Below, in pieces: positions 48,750-57,256 of a DNA stretch of 64,000 nucleotides. The position numbers and the translations under genes are program-made. The stretch is from positions 10,617 through 74,616 of the forward strand of contig JBBDIE010000151.1 in assembly GCA_040880545.1 (NCBI GenBank), written 5' to 3'. Below the pieces are notes generated by a model that had not been told where the DNA came from, did not search any database, and saw only the letters and a list, made by a program, of their open reading frames with translations. The stretch comes from Bacteroidales bacterium (GTDB taxonomy: Bacteria; Bacteroidota; Bacteroidia; Bacteroidales; GCA-2748055). Positions within the stretch are counted from its first letter, which is position 1; each line of letters opens with the position of its first letter.

Positions 48750-49487
48750 TTACATTGCTTCCATAACCTCTTCTGTTACCTCGAGGTTATGAAAGACATT
48801 CTGTACATCATCATCATCTTCAAACTCGTCAATAGTTCGCAGTATCTGTAACGCGTCCTCCACTGGAATTTCCTTGGTTTCGCCTGGAATACGCTGCAAT
48901 TCCGCACTTTCAGTATCAAGACCCATATCCTCCAGCTTCTTTTGCACATTATGAAAATCTTCCAGGGGTGTGGTAATCATAAAAGTGTCGTCGTTCAGAT
49001 CAATCTCCTCCACCCCTGCATCAATGATCTCCAATTCAAATTCTTCAGGATCAAGATCTCCTTTAGGGAGCGTTATTACCCCCTTTCTGTCGAACATGAA
49101 AGAGAGCGATCCATTGGTACCCAGAGAACCGCCTCGTTTTGAAAAAATTGCACGGATGTTGCTCACGGTCCGGTTGTTATTATCTGTCAGACACTCAATA
49201 AAAACTGCAATACCGTGGGGTAGATAACCCTCAAATGTAACCTCCTGAAAGCTTGCCGAATCTTTGTTAGCCTTGTTGATGGCCCGCTGGATATTATCCT
49301 TCGGCATGTTCATCCCTTTGGCTGTTTGAACAGCGGACCGTAACCGCGGATTGGTTTCCGGGTCACTGCCACCCTGTTCCGCAGCAATTGTGATCTCTTT
49401 TATCAGTTTGGTGAATATTTTTCCTCTCCTGGCATCAATTGCCCCCTTCTTTCGCTTGATGGTCGACCATTTACTGTGTCCTGACAT
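48750..49487 (-). CDS. yebC: YebC/PmpR-family DNA-binding regulatory protein
   Basis: The sequence begins MSGHSKWSTIKRKKGAIDARRGKIFTKLIKEITIAA..GGSDPETNPRLR. It is 245 aa. Confidence 0.93.
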   Translation of the reverse strand: MSGHSKWSTIKRKKGAIDARRGKIFTKLIKEITIAAEQGGSDPETNPRLRSAVQTAKGMNMPKDNIQRAINKANKDSASFQEVTFEGYLPHGIAVFIECLTDNNNRTVSNIRAIFSKRGGSLGTNGSLSFMFDRKGVITLPKGDLDPEEFELEIIDAGVEEIDLNDDTFMITTPLEDFHNVQKKLEDMGLDTESAELQRIPGETKEIPVEDALQILRTIDEFEDDDDVQNVFHNLEVTEEVMEAM

Positions 49488-49540
49488 AACCTGTTATTTA
49501 GTTTATGCAAAAATAATAAATCAGGCCGGTATTTGAAATA

Positions 49541-50074
49541 TTAACGCTTAACAACCTGCACCCCTCCGAATACCACGCTTACTTTAATGTTGAGCGAGGG
49601 TGAGTCGGATCTGTAAGATTCAGATGTATAGAGAGATGACCCGAATACCGCGGTATTTCCATCGGGCAGTTCGGCCCCTGCAAATACGGCATCCGCCTCA
49701 ATTCGTACAGGCATATCTTCCCTGATCCTGATCACCGACCCTCCAAATATCGTGTTAATCGTAACATTAAAATCGCCATGGTCCAAATTTACATCAGTAA
49801 AATCATAAACCCCTTTACCAAAAATCACACTGTATTCCTTTCCGCTTTCCGGATGATCATAAATCCGCTCATTGAACATGGTCTCATCAGGTCCGATCCT
49901 CCCTTCGGGGATTAACACGCGGCCAAACAAAATCTTGATGCCAATGGCAACAAAAAATAGTCCCACGAGAATCTTTACCACCGGAAAATCAACATTAAAT
50001 ACTACTTTTATGATGAGTGCAATGCCCAACATCAGCAATAAAGCACCCCAGAATAAACCAGCTCCCATTTTCAT
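49541..50074 (-). CDS. Small membrane protein with a LiaF/DUF2154-like C-terminal beta-rich domain
   Basis: It has two N-terminal TM helices (GAGLFWGALLLMLGIALII and ILVGLFFVAIGIKILF). The C-terminal pattern is IFGGSVIRI....AVFAGAEL..VSVVFGGVQVV. The start is ambiguous (50113 listed; 50074 MKMGAGL preferred). Confidence 0.5.
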   Translation of the reverse strand: MKMGAGLFWGALLLMLGIALIIKVVFNVDFPVVKILVGLFFVAIGIKILFGRVLIPEGRIGPDETMFNERIYDHPESGKEYSVIFGKGVYDFTDVNLDHGDFNVTINTIFGGSVIRIREDMPVRIEADAVFAGAELPDGNTAVFGSSLYTSESYRSDSPSLNIKVSVVFGGVQVVKR

Positions 50075-50379
50075 TGTTTTTAGATTATTATTATATGTTT
50101 TGAATTGAATCATACTGCAATAGTATGATTCCTTGATGAGGTGTAACAGAAGAAATCGGTAAGTTGTGGGTAAAAGTCGGTAAATGCGGAATCACTACAC
50201 CCCATCACAGGGTAATCTGTATAAATAAAAAATGCCGTTTATCATACTATTTTTCTGTTTATCAAACCAAATGAGCCATTTGTCAAACTAATGGACCCTT
50301 TTAATTCACTGTTGCGTACATGTTTATGAGTTTAAGGTCTTTATGTCTTATATTCGCATGTACTTAAAAATTATCAGTT

Positions 50380-53300
50380 ATGAACTTTAATTACACTACC
50401 AAAATTGCATCCCGTAGAATAAAAGGAAACAGAATTATCAGTTCCGTACTTATGCAGATTCTGATTCTTGTGTTATTTACCGGTTCCATTTTCGCCCAAA
50501 ATACCAAAAAAGGGGTGGAAAAAGACATCAACATTATTCTTGAATGTGTTAGTTACATCGGAAATGGCAACTATTTGGCTAAATTCGGATATGACAATCC
50601 CAATAACTTTGAGGTCATTGTAGCTGATACCAGTAGTCTGGTTGTCTACAACGAAGGTGAATTCATTGAAAAGGGAGTGAATTTCTTTGAACCAGGTCGC
50701 CATGAAAATGTATTTTCAAAACAGTTTACAGGCAAACAGAAAATAAGGTGGCACATGATCCTCCCCAACGGGAAGGAAGTAGAGGTTACGGCCAATGCCA
50801 ATTCAAACCTCTGTTCAGGTTCCGGTGGAAATGGTGACATTCTCCCCTATTATCAGCCACCTGAAAACGGAAAGGATTATTCGCTCATTGGGCCGGAACT
50901 TACATCTTTGGCCGAAGTATATGAATATTCAGGGTTTGCTGAATCAAATCATATTTACCAGACCGACGGCACCAATGTGTTGATTGAATTTGTTGCACTT
51001 GAAGGACAGTATGATGCTGTACTGCAATTGTTGACAAATGATTATGGCTTCCAGCTTTCACATGGTGATCCGGATAACCTGAAAATCACAGGGTTAATAC
51101 CTATCGAAAACCTGATACTGCTCAACGACCTGGTGGAATACGGGTCATTTGCACGTCCGTTATATCCTCCTGTTTCAAATAACAGCGGGCTGGCCCTCAA
51201 CAATGGTGATTATTCCATGCGGACCAACCTCGTAAGGGAAGGCTTTAGTCTTTCTGGAGCTGGCGTAAAGGTAGGTGTGATATCCGACAGTTATAATACT
51301 CAGGGCGGAGCGGCCGCCGATGTAGTAAACGGCGACCTTCCCGGGGAAGGTAACATTGATGGGAACACCATACCCGTTGAAGTATTAAAGGATTACAGCC
51401 TTCCGTTTGGAACGCTGATGGATGAGGGAAGGGGAATGCTGCAAATAGTACATGATATTGCCCCAGGCGCATCTCTTGCTTTCAGAACAGGGTATCTCAG
51501 CCCGGGTGACTTTGCCGACGGAATTCAACAACTTGCTGACGCCGGCTCCGACATCATCGTAGATGACCTGAGCTATATTACTGAACCATTCTTTAAGGAT
51601 GGTGTTGTTGCACAAGCTGTTGATGCAGTTGTGGACCAGGGTGTCGCCTATTTTTCAGCAGCCGGTAACTTCGGTAAAAAATCTTATGCATCTTATTTTA
51701 CTGCAGCGAAAGGAAAGCTTCCCAAGAATGTAACGGGTGACATTCACAACTTTGGAAATGGTGACCTGTACCAGAATATCAGCCTGAAAAAGGGAGACTA
51801 TATTGTGGTGCTTCAGTGGGAAGAAGCCGGGTCCGTCCAAAATGACCTGGACATCTTTCTCTCCGATGAAAACGGCAGTACGCTGTTTGGATTCAACCGG
51901 AATAACATCGGTGGTGAGGCAGTTGAAATATTACCCTTTACAGTAACCAGCGATTCTGCCAATACCAACTTCCTGATAGCCAGGGCCAGTGGTTCTGATA
52001 ATGTCAGGTTTAAATATATTGTATACAGGGGGCAGATCAGCATCAATGAATATGAAACCGGCACCTCCACGATTGTTGGACAGGCTAACGCAGCAGGCGC
52101 CATCACTGTGGGAGCAGTAAAATACGACAACACACCCGCTTTTGGCGTTGAAGTGCCTACCATTGCTTCATTTTCTTCCATTGGAGGAACACCGGTTAAC
52201 GGAGTGGTCAGGCCAAAACCTGAAATCACAGCGCCGAACGGTGTGAATACTACTGTTAAACTGAGCCCGTTTGATCTGGACGGAGACGGAAACTTCGAGT
52301 TTTACGGTACTTCAGCAGCAGCACCACATGCAGCTGCAATGGCCGCGCTGATCATTGAAGGTTACGGGAAATATGAAAATACACATCCGACACCACTACA
52401 GATCAAGCAATTGATGTGCTCCACCGCCATTGATATGGATGAACCCGGATTTGACCACATCTCAGGTCATGGTTTCATCCAGGCCGACAAAGCACTGGCA
52501 ACTTTTGCAAATCCGGCTCCATCACTATCGGATCTGACCATTCCCGCTGACATTGTTCCCGGTGAAAATGCATTTACCGTTACGGCAACGGGAAGTTCCC
52601 TGAGCAGTACCACGGTACTTCTCATGAGAGGCGAAGAGATCCCAACTACCTTTGTCAGCGATTCAGAGTTAACCGCGGTGGTTCCAACCTTTATCGGGAA
52701 TCCAACAATTCAGGCATATACCCCTCCAATTTCCAGTTCTGCCTTCGACGGTGGTACCTCCGATCCACTCTATTTCTTTGGAGAGGCCAAAAGGAGACTT
52801 ACCATTGTTGCCAATGATACGGTTAAAAAATTCGGTGAAAAACTTCCGGACTTTACCTTTAACGTTTTGATTGACAGCATGCCTGCATCTCCCGATGATT
52901 TTTCAGATCAGGAGTATGAAAGGATTACCTCAGTGGCATTCCTGAGCGGGGCCAGTCAGACAAGCAATGTGGGGCAATATATCATCAGGCCTCTGTTCGA
53001 TCCGTCGATTGGTTCATCCTCCGATGAGTCAGAACCTTACTATGAGGCCGATATAGCGCTTAGTGAACGTTTTAATATGGAATTTGGAGACGGTACACTG
53101 ACCATCGAAAGGTTATCTCTGAAAATATCGCCTGCCGAATTACAGAAAAGTTACGGATCCACCATCAGCGCCGAAGATATAACATACAACTATCAAATCC
53201 TTGATGACTCCCTGGCTATGTCAGAAGCTGAAATGAGTGCGCTTCTTCAGGAAATAAACAGCAGTCATACAGAAGGACTTGCCAATGGAGTGGCCATTGT

Positions 53301-54885
53301 GAACGGTGTTGCCATCGTAAATGGTGTTGCCATGGTAAACGGTGTACCCTTGTTGAACGGTGTACCCATCCTAAACGGTGTTGCTATTGTGAATAGTGCG
53401 GGCGAAATTCAATTCATCGACCTGGAAGATGTGAACATGCTGACCAGCCTGAACGCTCTTCAAAATGGTGTGCCCCTCTTAAATGGAGTGCCTATATTAA
53501 ATGGTGTACCCCTGGTTAATGGCGTTGAAGGAAATATTTCCGGCGAATCACTGTCGATCGCTGTAAACAATATGGACGAAGACGGTACTGTATACGATGA
53601 GAATGGGAACGTTATAGAAAACGGAGTGCCCATACTGAATGGCGTGGCCATCGTAAACGGAGTCGCTATTGTTAATGGTGTGCCCCTGGTTAATGGTGTG
53701 CCTCTGGTAAATGGTGTACCCATTCTGAACGGTGTACCATTACTTAACGGCGTACCTCTGTTGAATGGAGTACCCCTTGTTAACAGTAACAATATCAACG
53801 AAGACAGCAATGCTGAAACTGTGATGGTATATGACAGCCTGGATTTCGTTTACGAGGAGGGCCAGGATCTACCAGAATTCCAATCGATTGCAATGATAAC
53901 AGGAACAACCACAGGAACACACTGGATCGTCCCGGGTACATTTATCTCTTCCAACTATAATATCTCTTATTCACCAGCACAACTGCTCATCGAAAAAGCA
54001 CCGTTGTACGTTGACATCGATGATCAGGTAATCCTTGAAGGAGATGCGGTTCCCGAAAACTTCAGTTATACTGTTTCAGGCTTTGCAGCATCCGAATCAT
54101 TTGACATGGACACTGTCCTGACTTTCACAGTGGATCCTGAATATACAGGGATGCCGGGTTTATACAGTATTACTGCAACAGGTGAACTTGCAAATTATTA
54201 CCTTGAAGTGAACCCTGGAACACTGTATGTAAATCCGAACAGCAACAGTACCAAATCCATCAAGACGTTCCTGGTTTGTATTGAAGAGGTAAACGATCCC
54301 GAAACCGGATTCCGGTACCTGGCTCACTTTGAATATGAGAACAAAAATGCTGATGCCATCTTTATTCCTGTAGGAGAGAATAACCTGCTGATCGGAAATG
54401 ACGGTGCCTTTGTGGCCATCGACCAGCCTGAGTTGTTTGCCCCCGGTATCGGCTCATTCGATGTTTTGTTTGACGGAACAAAGCTTATCTGGGAGGTTAC
54501 CAGCATGGAAAAATCGATGAAATCATCTGTAGCATCCAATGCCAGTGCAGAATCTGCCCGCTGTTCTTCCAGTAAAAAGTCGTTGGGCAATGGATCGGGA
54601 AGTAACAGTGCAGGTACAGAGAATAATACCGATATCAGTGAACTGGTACATGGATTACTTTATCCGAACCCTGCCAGGGACCGAGTGACCCTGCAACTGA
54701 ATGTTCAACCACTGGACGATGAAATATTGATTATCGACATGCGTGGACAGGTGCTCGATATTGTAAGCAATAATTCAGGTACAGGCGTCATTGAATTCGA
54801 TGTATCCGGACTGAAACCTGGGTTGTACTTAATTAAGGTTGACTTTGAAGATTCATTTGAAATTTTCCAGCTGATGAAGCAATAA
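50380..54885 (+). CDS. Giant T9SS-secreted subtilisin-family (S8) peptidase with MBG-like domains, hexapeptide-repeat arrays and duplicated Cys-bracketed terminal modules
   Basis: It has a signal peptide (VLMQILILVLFTGSIFAQ). S8 motifs are VGVISDS (Asp), MLQIVHDIAPGA (His region), SAAGNFG (Asn) and GTSAAAPHAAAMAALI (Ser). MBG-like segments include LTIVANDTVKKFGEKLPDFTF.. and LIEKAPLYVDIDD..GLYSITATGELANYYLEVNPGTLYVNP. The T9SS CTD is LLYPNPARDRVTLQL..PGLYLIKVDF. Confidence 0.85.
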   Translation: MNFNYTTKIASRRIKGNRIISSVLMQILILVLFTGSIFAQNTKKGVEKDINIILECVSYIGNGNYLAKFGYDNPNNFEVIVADTSSLVVYNEGEFIEKGVNFFEPGRHENVFSKQFTGKQKIRWHMILPNGKEVEVTANANSNLCSGSGGNGDILPYYQPPENGKDYSLIGPELTSLAEVYEYSGFAESNHIYQTDGTNVLIEFVALEGQYDAVLQLLTNDYGFQLSHGDPDNLKITGLIPIENLILLNDLVEYGSFARPLYPPVSNNSGLALNNGDYSMRTNLVREGFSLSGAGVKVGVISDSYNTQGGAAADVVNGDLPGEGNIDGNTIPVEVLKDYSLPFGTLMDEGRGMLQIVHDIAPGASLAFRTGYLSPGDFADGIQQLADAGSDIIVDDLSYITEPFFKDGVVAQAVDAVVDQGVAYFSAAGNFGKKSYASYFTAAKGKLPKNVTGDIHNFGNGDLYQNISLKKGDYIVVLQWEEAGSVQNDLDIFLSDENGSTLFGFNRNNIGGEAVEILPFTVTSDSANTNFLIARASGSDNVRFKYIVYRGQISINEYETGTSTIVGQANAAGAITVGAVKYDNTPAFGVEVPTIASFSSIGGTPVNGVVRPKPEITAPNGVNTTVKLSPFDLDGDGNFEFYGTSAAAPHAAAMAALIIEGYGKYENTHPTPLQIKQLMCSTAIDMDEPGFDHISGHGFIQADKALATFANPAPSLSDLTIPADIVPGENAFTVTATGSSLSSTTVLLMRGEEIPTTFVSDSELTAVVPTFIGNPTIQAYTPPISSSAFDGGTSDPLYFFGEAKRRLTIVANDTVKKFGEKLPDFTFNVLIDSMPASPDDFSDQEYERITSVAFLSGASQTSNVGQYIIRPLFDPSIGSSSDESEPYYEADIALSERFNMEFGDGTLTIERLSLKISPAELQKSYGSTISAEDITYNYQILDDSLAMSEAEMSALLQEINSSHTEGLANGVAIVNGVAIVNGVAMVNGVPLLNGVPILNGVAIVNSAGEIQFIDLEDVNMLTSLNALQNGVPLLNGVPILNGVPLVNGVEGNISGESLSIAVNNMDEDGTVYDENGNVIENGVPILNGVAIVNGVAIVNGVPLVNGVPLVNGVPILNGVPLLNGVPLLNGVPLVNSNNINEDSNAETVMVYDSLDFVYEEGQDLPEFQSIAMITGTTTGTHWIVPGTFISSNYNISYSPAQLLIEKAPLYVDIDDQVILEGDAVPENFSYTVSGFAASESFDMDTVLTFTVDPEYTGMPGLYSITATGELANYYLEVNPGTLYVNPNSNSTKSIKTFLVCIEEVNDPETGFRYLAHFEYENKNADAIFIPVGENNLLIGNDGAFVAIDQPELFAPGIGSFDVLFDGTKLIWEVTSMEKSMKSSVASNASAESARCSSSKKSLGNGSGSNSAGTENNTDISELVHGLLYPNPARDRVTLQLNVQPLDDEILIIDMRGQVLDIVSNNSGTGVIEFDVSGLKPGLYLIKVDFEDSFEIFQLMKQ
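53284..53781 (+). repeat. Coding 18-nt (hexapeptide) repeat arrays, N-G-V-[PA]-[ILM]-[VL], 18 units in three blocks
   Basis: Block 1 spans 53284-53391 (6 units). Block 2 spans 53464-53517 (3 units plus a partial). Block 3 spans 53620-53781 (9 units). All units are in the CDS frame, and codons differ between units. Confidence 0.95.
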
Positions 54886-54906
54886 AGTCAACACAGACCA
54901 GAATTT

Positions 54907-54936
54907 AAAGAGGGGATTTAACAATTCCCTCTTTTT
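54907..54936 (+). terminator. Rho-independent terminator after the S8 peptidase gene
   Basis: AAAGAGGGGATT (54907-54918) pairs with AATTCCCTCTTT (54923-54934), a 12-bp stem with one G-U pair. The loop is TAAC and further T residues follow. Confidence 0.75.
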
Positions 54937-54963
54937 ATTTGTTAAGAGGGAAGTTAAAATATT

Positions 54964-57048
54964 ATGAGTAAAAAGGCATTCTTCATTATTTTTTCGCTTT
55001 TACTGCTCTGCACCTCTGTAATTGGTCAGGATACTAAAATCAGCGAACTGAAATCATCTGTCGAAATCATGGCGGATGACACAATCAAAGTGAATACGCT
55101 GCTGGAACTTAGTAAATCATTGTATGAGACCTCACAACAGGAAGCAATAGCATACAGTCTGCAGGCCAGGGAACTTGCGAGGCGCCTGGAATTTAAATAT
55201 GGAGAGGCAACCGCCTTGAAATACCAGGGACTGGCAAATTTTTACCTGGGTGAATATGTTGAATCATACAGGGCATGGGAAGAGGCGCTGAACATATTTG
55301 AAAATATCGGTGACAAAGAGGGAGAAGCAAACATACTCAGCAACATCGGGGTTATCTATAACAACCAGGGTGACGACTCCAGGGCGCTTGAACTATACCT
55401 GAAAGCATTGGACCTGGCTAATGAGACCAATGATACGCTTCGTGAAATCAGCGTATTAAACAACATTGGACTGATCTATTCCAAAAAACCATCCACAGAA
55501 CAACTGGCCCTGGAAAATTACCAAACTGCCCTTGAACTTAGTGAACTGTTTAATTTTCCACGGGGTATCGGCTCCACCTCCCTGAACATTGGTGAGATCT
55601 TCTTTAACAACGGCGATTACTCCTCGGCACTGGAATATTTCGAACGATCCATGTCGGCATTTAAACAGACCAATTCGTTGGATATCACAAGCACGTACAT
55701 TTACATTGGTAAAATTTATGCGGCCAGGGAAGATTATGACATGGCCGTCCAGTACCAGGAAGAATCCCTGGAAATAGCGACCAATGCTGGTGCAAAAAGA
55801 GAGGTATTGCTCTCTGTCCTTGCCCTTGCCCAGACTTACTATGCCAAAGGAGATATGAACAACGCCATTGAGCTCAATATCAGGGCCAGGAAACTTGCGG
55901 ATGAACTGGGTGCCAGGTATGAGAAAATGAGTGCACTACGTGCGCTTGCGGTTGCCTACGAATCGGGAAACGACTTCAGAAATGCCTTCCTGGCACAGGT
56001 ACAGGCGTGGAATTTAAAGGATACCATATTCTCCGAAGCAAGTCAGGAACAGATCAATAAGCTCAGGGTACAGAATGAAATTGATAATTATCAGCAGGAA
56101 AACGAATTGCTCAAACGTGATATTGAACTCAGGGAAGTAAGAAATAAGCAGCAGCAGATCGTCATCCTGGTTTTTATCATTGGTTTCATCGTAACCATGG
56201 TATTTATTATCCTTCTGTTCAGAACCAACAAATTAAGACGAAGAGCCAACCATATCCTGGAAAAACAAAACATCCTGATTACAGGGCAGAAGAAGGAAAT
56301 TACTGACAGTATCCGTTATGCCAGCCGAATTCAGAATGCGGTATTAACACCGGTTGAGGACCTGTCGCAATTTCTGCCGGAGCACTTTATCCTTTACAGG
56401 CCACGAGATATTGTCAGCGGCGATTTTTACTGGATTACAAAGATCAATAACAGGATCATGTGTGTGATTGCAGATTGCACGGGACATGGAGTGCCAGGAG
56501 CATTTATGAGCATGCTGGGGGTCACCTTCCTTAACGAAATAATCAGCCGGAACCCGGATATCCAGGCAAATGATATGCTGAACGAATTAAGGAGCCATGT
56601 AATCACATCCCTTCATCAAACTGCCGGACAGGGTGGAACACAGGATGGGATGGACCTGGCGACAATTATTATCGACCAGCCCAATTCTGAATTACAGTAT
56701 GCCGGAGCCAACAATCCGTTGATCCTTATCAGAAATAATGAACTGAAAGAATACAAGCCCGACAAAATGCCCATCGGAATTCACGAAAATGCGAATAAGC
56801 CATTTACAAATCACAAAATCAAATATAGTGCAGGAGATGTTTTGTATACCTTTTCCGATGGTTTCCCCGATCAGTTTGGGGGACCATCCGGTAAAAAATT
56901 CATGATCAGGAATTTCAAGGAGCAGCTTTCAAGAATTCATAAAAAACCAATGGGTCAGCAACTAATCATGCTGGAAAAGGTATTGGATGACTGGATGGAA
57001 GGGGTAAGCCAGATCGATGATATTCTTGTCATGGGAATACGACTGTAA
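54964..57048 (+). CDS. Membrane-anchored TPR-sensor / PP2C (SpoIIE/RsbU-type) serine phosphatase
   Basis: After a signal peptide come multiple TPR units (EAIAYSLQARELARRL, EANILSNIGVIYNNQGD, ALELYLKAL..). One TM helix follows (IVILVFIIGFIVTMVFIILLF). The PP2C/SpoIIE motifs are RYASRIQNAVL, VSGDFYW, IADCTGHGVPGAFMS, DGMDLA and FSDGFPDQFGG. Confidence 0.85.
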   Translation: MSKKAFFIIFSLLLLCTSVIGQDTKISELKSSVEIMADDTIKVNTLLELSKSLYETSQQEAIAYSLQARELARRLEFKYGEATALKYQGLANFYLGEYVESYRAWEEALNIFENIGDKEGEANILSNIGVIYNNQGDDSRALELYLKALDLANETNDTLREISVLNNIGLIYSKKPSTEQLALENYQTALELSELFNFPRGIGSTSLNIGEIFFNNGDYSSALEYFERSMSAFKQTNSLDITSTYIYIGKIYAAREDYDMAVQYQEESLEIATNAGAKREVLLSVLALAQTYYAKGDMNNAIELNIRARKLADELGARYEKMSALRALAVAYESGNDFRNAFLAQVQAWNLKDTIFSEASQEQINKLRVQNEIDNYQQENELLKRDIELREVRNKQQQIVILVFIIGFIVTMVFIILLFRTNKLRRRANHILEKQNILITGQKKEITDSIRYASRIQNAVLTPVEDLSQFLPEHFILYRPRDIVSGDFYWITKINNRIMCVIADCTGHGVPGAFMSMLGVTFLNEIISRNPDIQANDMLNELRSHVITSLHQTAGQGGTQDGMDLATIIIDQPNSELQYAGANNPLILIRNNELKEYKPDKMPIGIHENANKPFTNHKIKYSAGDVLYTFSDGFPDQFGGPSGKKFMIRNFKEQLSRIHKKPMGQQLIMLEKVLDDWMEGVSQIDDILVMGIRL

Positions 57049-57102
57049 CACAATCCTTTTCGCAATAACAACCAACAATCCTCCCTATTCAAATCTTTTC
57101 CC

Positions 57103-57110
57103 TAATTTTG
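57103..57110 (+). promoter_or_regulatory. Candidate -7 promoter element (TAnnTTTG) upstream of miaB
   Basis: TAATTTTG lies 147 nt upstream of the miaB ATG. That would imply a rather long leader, which contains a 9-bp inverted repeat. Confidence 0.3.
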
Positions 57111-57256
57111 CGCTGGATAATTACGTGACTGGTTTCATGTGGAAACAGCCGCTGCCAGGCTTCCTTTGATATCATAAACCGGAAATAATATACAGTACAT
57201 AATAAGCCTGGCAACAAATCGCCCCGACATAGCCCATAATAAACAGCTATTTTTTT

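Noticed and set aside
48639-48851. A 70-aa plus-strand ORF starting in the long spacer and running into the yebC 3' end.
   Set aside because: It overlaps yebC antisense and has no motifs. The spacer is better treated as non-coding.
53460-53810. A 116-aa minus-strand ORF with its own repeats (GTPF/GTPL...). The 18-nt periodic DNA could also be mistaken for a CRISPR-like or microsatellite array.
   Set aside because: It is the mirror image of the in-frame NGVPxx coding repeats. The units are contiguous with no spacers, are diverged at synonymous sites, and lie inside a long intact CDS. It is neither a CRISPR array nor a separate gene.
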